The position numbers were made by a program, and so were the translations under genes. The notes beneath the pieces are model-generated. The model was not told where the DNA came from. It did no database searches and saw only the letters and a list, made by a program, of their open reading frames with translations. From Macrostomum lignano (lineage: Eukaryota), in the NCBI GenBank assembly GCA_002269645.1, contig NIVC01002821.1, positions 74,045 to 138,044 on the forward strand: DNA of 64,000 nucleotides, written 5' to 3'. How positions within the stretch are numbered: position 1 is the stretch's first letter; each line of letters starts with the position of its first letter. Positions 60,986 to 64,000 of this stretch are shown here, piece after piece.

Positions 60986-62404
60986 ATTCTCATAGACCAA
61001 TATTACCACCGAGCGTAACCCCAACCCAGTCTTAACCCTAACCCTTGTTTTGTTTGAAAAACGCCAAGTCAATGAATTATGGTTTGAAATTAAGCTATAT
61101 TTTAGCGGCAGCGCGCTCCTAGGGCCTTGTGTTCCTAAATGAAAAGATTCGAAGCTTAGCAAACAAAGGAGAGTACCGTATCGCGTCGCATAAACCATAG
61201 ACTATTTCCGAAGTAGAAGTCTATACTTTGCAGCAGTCATAGCAATACGCAACAACCCTAACCTTAACCCAACCCCAACCCCAACCCTAAGCACTTTCGC
61301 CACGCAGATGTTGCCTCAGAACCTGCGTGGCGAGAAAAATCCATTCAAGAACTACTGGACTCACTAGTGGTACTTGAATCTATCTAGAGAATTCCAGTTA
61401 GAAAGCAAATGCCGTTACTATAGGTGAGTTTACAGTAGCTCTGCGAGCTTCATGCTCTCCAGCCTCGTAAACGGGTATGACGCACGAGCGGCCTCGAAAG
61501 TTGCAAAATCTGTAATTTTGTCCTTAGAAATGCCTCCCTTTTGTAGTAAAATTCCAATATTTGCCCACTTTGAGGCTGCGCTGGAGGCCCGGGCTCCAAT
61601 TAAGTCGCTGGGCTGAAACTTGACAGCCAGCGCCTCCTTTGTAATCTCCGTCAGCAAACAAAGCCGTGCTGAGTGCCTGTCTGTTGAGTGAGTGCTGGGA
61701 ATAATGGGACAGAATCCCTCTCGAGGATATTGTGCAACTAAAGCAGTCTTCTTGGCAGATGTCACTCTCGGCTGCCAAGCATGCAAGGTGTCAGCTGTAA
61801 GCATTGAAAAATGGCTATGTAGGAAAGGTTGCGGCAGCTTGGAGTAAAATATGCATCATTGCTGCAAAAGGCTGACTCTTTCAGAAAGTATAACTTTTGC
61901 TTCACACCTGCATGTTTGCCGGTCTCCAGTACTGTTTTACAAAGCCAAATTTTGAAACCACCTCGGAGACAACACAAGCTGGCTTCGAAGAATCTTCAGA
62001 ATTGCATAAAATGGAAAATTTTGTGCTATTATCGGAAAAATTATCCTCTATTCTTGCAAAATATGATTCTACAAGTTAAAAGAGTTCTGTCCTCTTGCCA
62101 CACCAGTGCTTCATGATAGTACTGTGAGTAATATAACAACAAAAGCTTTGATTCAAAAGGTCAAAATACTTTAATCCAGAGAAACAAAAGAACGCAGAAC
62201 AAATTGTATTACATAGACAAGTTTTATTATAATTTAAAATATGATCAGAGTCCCTTGCAGGCTAGTCTTGCTAATGGGATGTTAAGTGAGAGACTGGCTT
62301 AAGCAAAACAGGTGGATTGGGCGAGCCGAGCCAGCGATGCAGTGCCGCGTTCGCTTGGGCTTGGCTCGGCCTCATCAGTATAACTTTTTTCCCAGTTGGT
62401 CCGG

Positions 62405-62940
62405 CCATAGACTACAGAAATGTATTTATTCTCCACTTGAGCCGCAGCAAAGGCTACAGAAATGTATTTATTCTCACTTGAGCCCGCAGCCATAGACTAC
62501 AGAAATGTATTTATTCTCCACTTGAGCCCGCAGCCATAGACTACAGAAATGTATTTATTCTCCACTTGAGCCCGCAGCCATAGACTACAGAAATGTATTT
62601 ATTCTTCACGTGAGCCCGCAGCCATAGACTACAGAAATGTATTTATTCTCCACGTGAGCGCGCAGCCATAGACTACAGAAATGTATTTATTCTCCACTTT
62701 AGCCCGCGGCCATAGGCTACAGAAATGTATTTATTCTCCACTTGAGCCCGCGGCCATAGACTACAGAAATGTATTTATTCTCCACTTGAGCCCGCAGCCA
62801 TAGACTACAGAAATGTATTTATTCTCCACTTGAGCCCGCAGCCATAGACTACAGAAATGTATTTATTCTCCACTTGAGCCCGCAGCCATAGACTACAGAA
62901 ATGTATTTATTCTCCACTTGAGCCCTCGGCCATAGACTAC
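62405..62940. repeat. 44-bp tandem repeat, ~12.5 copies, each starting with CCATAGAC or a variant
   Basis: CCATAGACTACAGAAATGTATTTATTCTCCACTTGAGCCCGCAG; period 44 (62490, 62534, 62578 and so on). Confidence 0.97.
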
Positions 62941-63339
62941 AGGAACATATTTATTTGGCCTGGCACAATAAAACGCCAAATAAATAAATCCATAGGGCGA
63001 TACCAGGGGGGTCTTTCTCCAAACTATTGTAAGTTCTATGGTAAGTGAAGGCGTAAGTCCGAACTTTGCGCTTGGCGTAAGACGGGTCGTAAAGCTGTTT
63101 CTCGAAGCTAACCTAGGGTTCTCGCAACTTACGCAGTTCGCAAGTTATCGCGAAGCGAAAAAATGTTGTCTATGGCCGAAGTGGGCAACGATCCCAATGT
63201 TACTGCTTTCTGTATCCGCGATTTTTAAAACTTGTTAAGAGTTGCTTAGTTTATTTAGTTATTTAGTAAACGAGAAAGGTTAAACGGTAGCATTAACATT
63301 AAGAAACACTGACATTGAAGTTTTTGACATCGACGCACA

Positions 63340-64000
63340 TATGTCCCAGTGTTTACACTTTCTTTGTCTCATGTGCCAGTCGAGCCCTCTCAATATCCAG
63401 TCGCTCACGCTCGATAGCTAACCGGTCTTTCTCTACCTCCAGACGTTCTTTTTCAACCCGCCAGTCTCTGTTCTTCACACTGATAGATCCCCTCCATGTT
63501 GTTCATCGCGGCACGCTCAATATTGGCCCTCTTCGGAGATTTCGACAGTCCAATGCGCCTGGTTAGACTCTCGTGCAGGTTGTTCGCTAGAGCTGAGCCA
63601 CTTGGCATCGGTGGTGCCGATGGGCCAGACAAGTCATTAAATGGACTCGAGCGCCGATCCGAGGAGTCTGTCTGCATTGAATCTAGTCCACCTGACACTC
63701 CGACGATACTCTCAGGAGCCATCATTGCAGCTGCGTCCTGTTCGAAGGAAGTAAGATCTGCTGCAGTTGGAGGTCCACCCAGTGGCCTGCTTGTCCTGCC
63801 GCTGCGAAGCCATCTTCGATTTGACATCGGACTTCAAATCGGACGATTTTTTTCGGCACTCTTCTCCGGTCCGCTTGTTGGCACCAATAGCGTTGACGTG
63901 AGCTGCGATAGCCTCCCCAAACTGCTTTCTTCTTCCTTTGCATCTCGACTTTTTGGTCTTTAGAATTATAGTATCGAGGTACTTGTTTACGTAATTCAAC
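63340..64000 (-). pseudogene. Frameshifted Myb/SANT-like + coiled-coil ORF of PIF/Harbinger type
   Basis: IAAHVNAIGANKRTGEECRKK.SDLKSDVK.K followed, across frameshifts, by RVEKERLEVEKDRLAIERERLDIERARL. Confidence 0.6.

Noticed and set aside
61015-61295. Telomere-like CCCTAA/CCCCAA repeats
   Set aside because: Only a few degenerate copies, typical of non-autonomous element interiors.
61430-62116. Fragmented coding-like sequence on the - strand
   Set aside because: Multiple stops and frameshifts, and no family I can recognise; needs TBLASTX or HHpred.
62405-62940. CRISPR-like appearance of the 44-bp arrays (also 51065-51505 and 5180-5590)
   Set aside because: The units are contiguous with no unique spacers, the context is eukaryotic, and there are no cas genes.

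Overview
Eukaryotic (metazoan) genomic DNA. GC-rich exons, minisatellite-filled introns and invertebrate-type proteins suggest a flatworm such as Macrostomum; the species is an inference. Positions 1318-33824 (-) hold the 5' part of a very large, divergent axonemal dynein heavy chain of DNAH5/8 (outer-arm gamma) type. I reconstructed 37 phase-consistent core exons plus 3 candidate cassette or micro-exons, and the gene continues beyond the left edge. About 26 of its introns each carry a different tandem array. Four single-base deletions at short homopolymers look like assembly errors. Positions ~34-46 kb are an accessory zone: a SAP-domain DIRS/Ngaro-type Gag ORF, a nested stack of DNA-transposon relics, a Crypton tyrosine-recombinase relic, and a small secreted Ly6/three-finger-like gene. 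ATP synthase beta (5 exons, +) is followed closely by ATP synthase subunit g (+). A trachealess/NPAS1/3-like bHLH-PAS gene lies on the - strand. The right end has a second Crypton relic, a 44-bp array built on the CCATAGAC motif that clusters around the Crypton relics, and a Harbinger Myb/SANT relic. Most notable: (i) the dynein has insertions in both stalk coiled coils and several altered AAA motifs; (ii) related intronic minisatellites in inverted orientation bracket in-frame exon blocks; (iii) CCATAGAC/GTCTATGG sites cluster around the Crypton relics and form a tandem array; (iv) the ATP5B-ATP5MG pair is a candidate operon. All coordinates were read by eye, and array boundaries are approximate.
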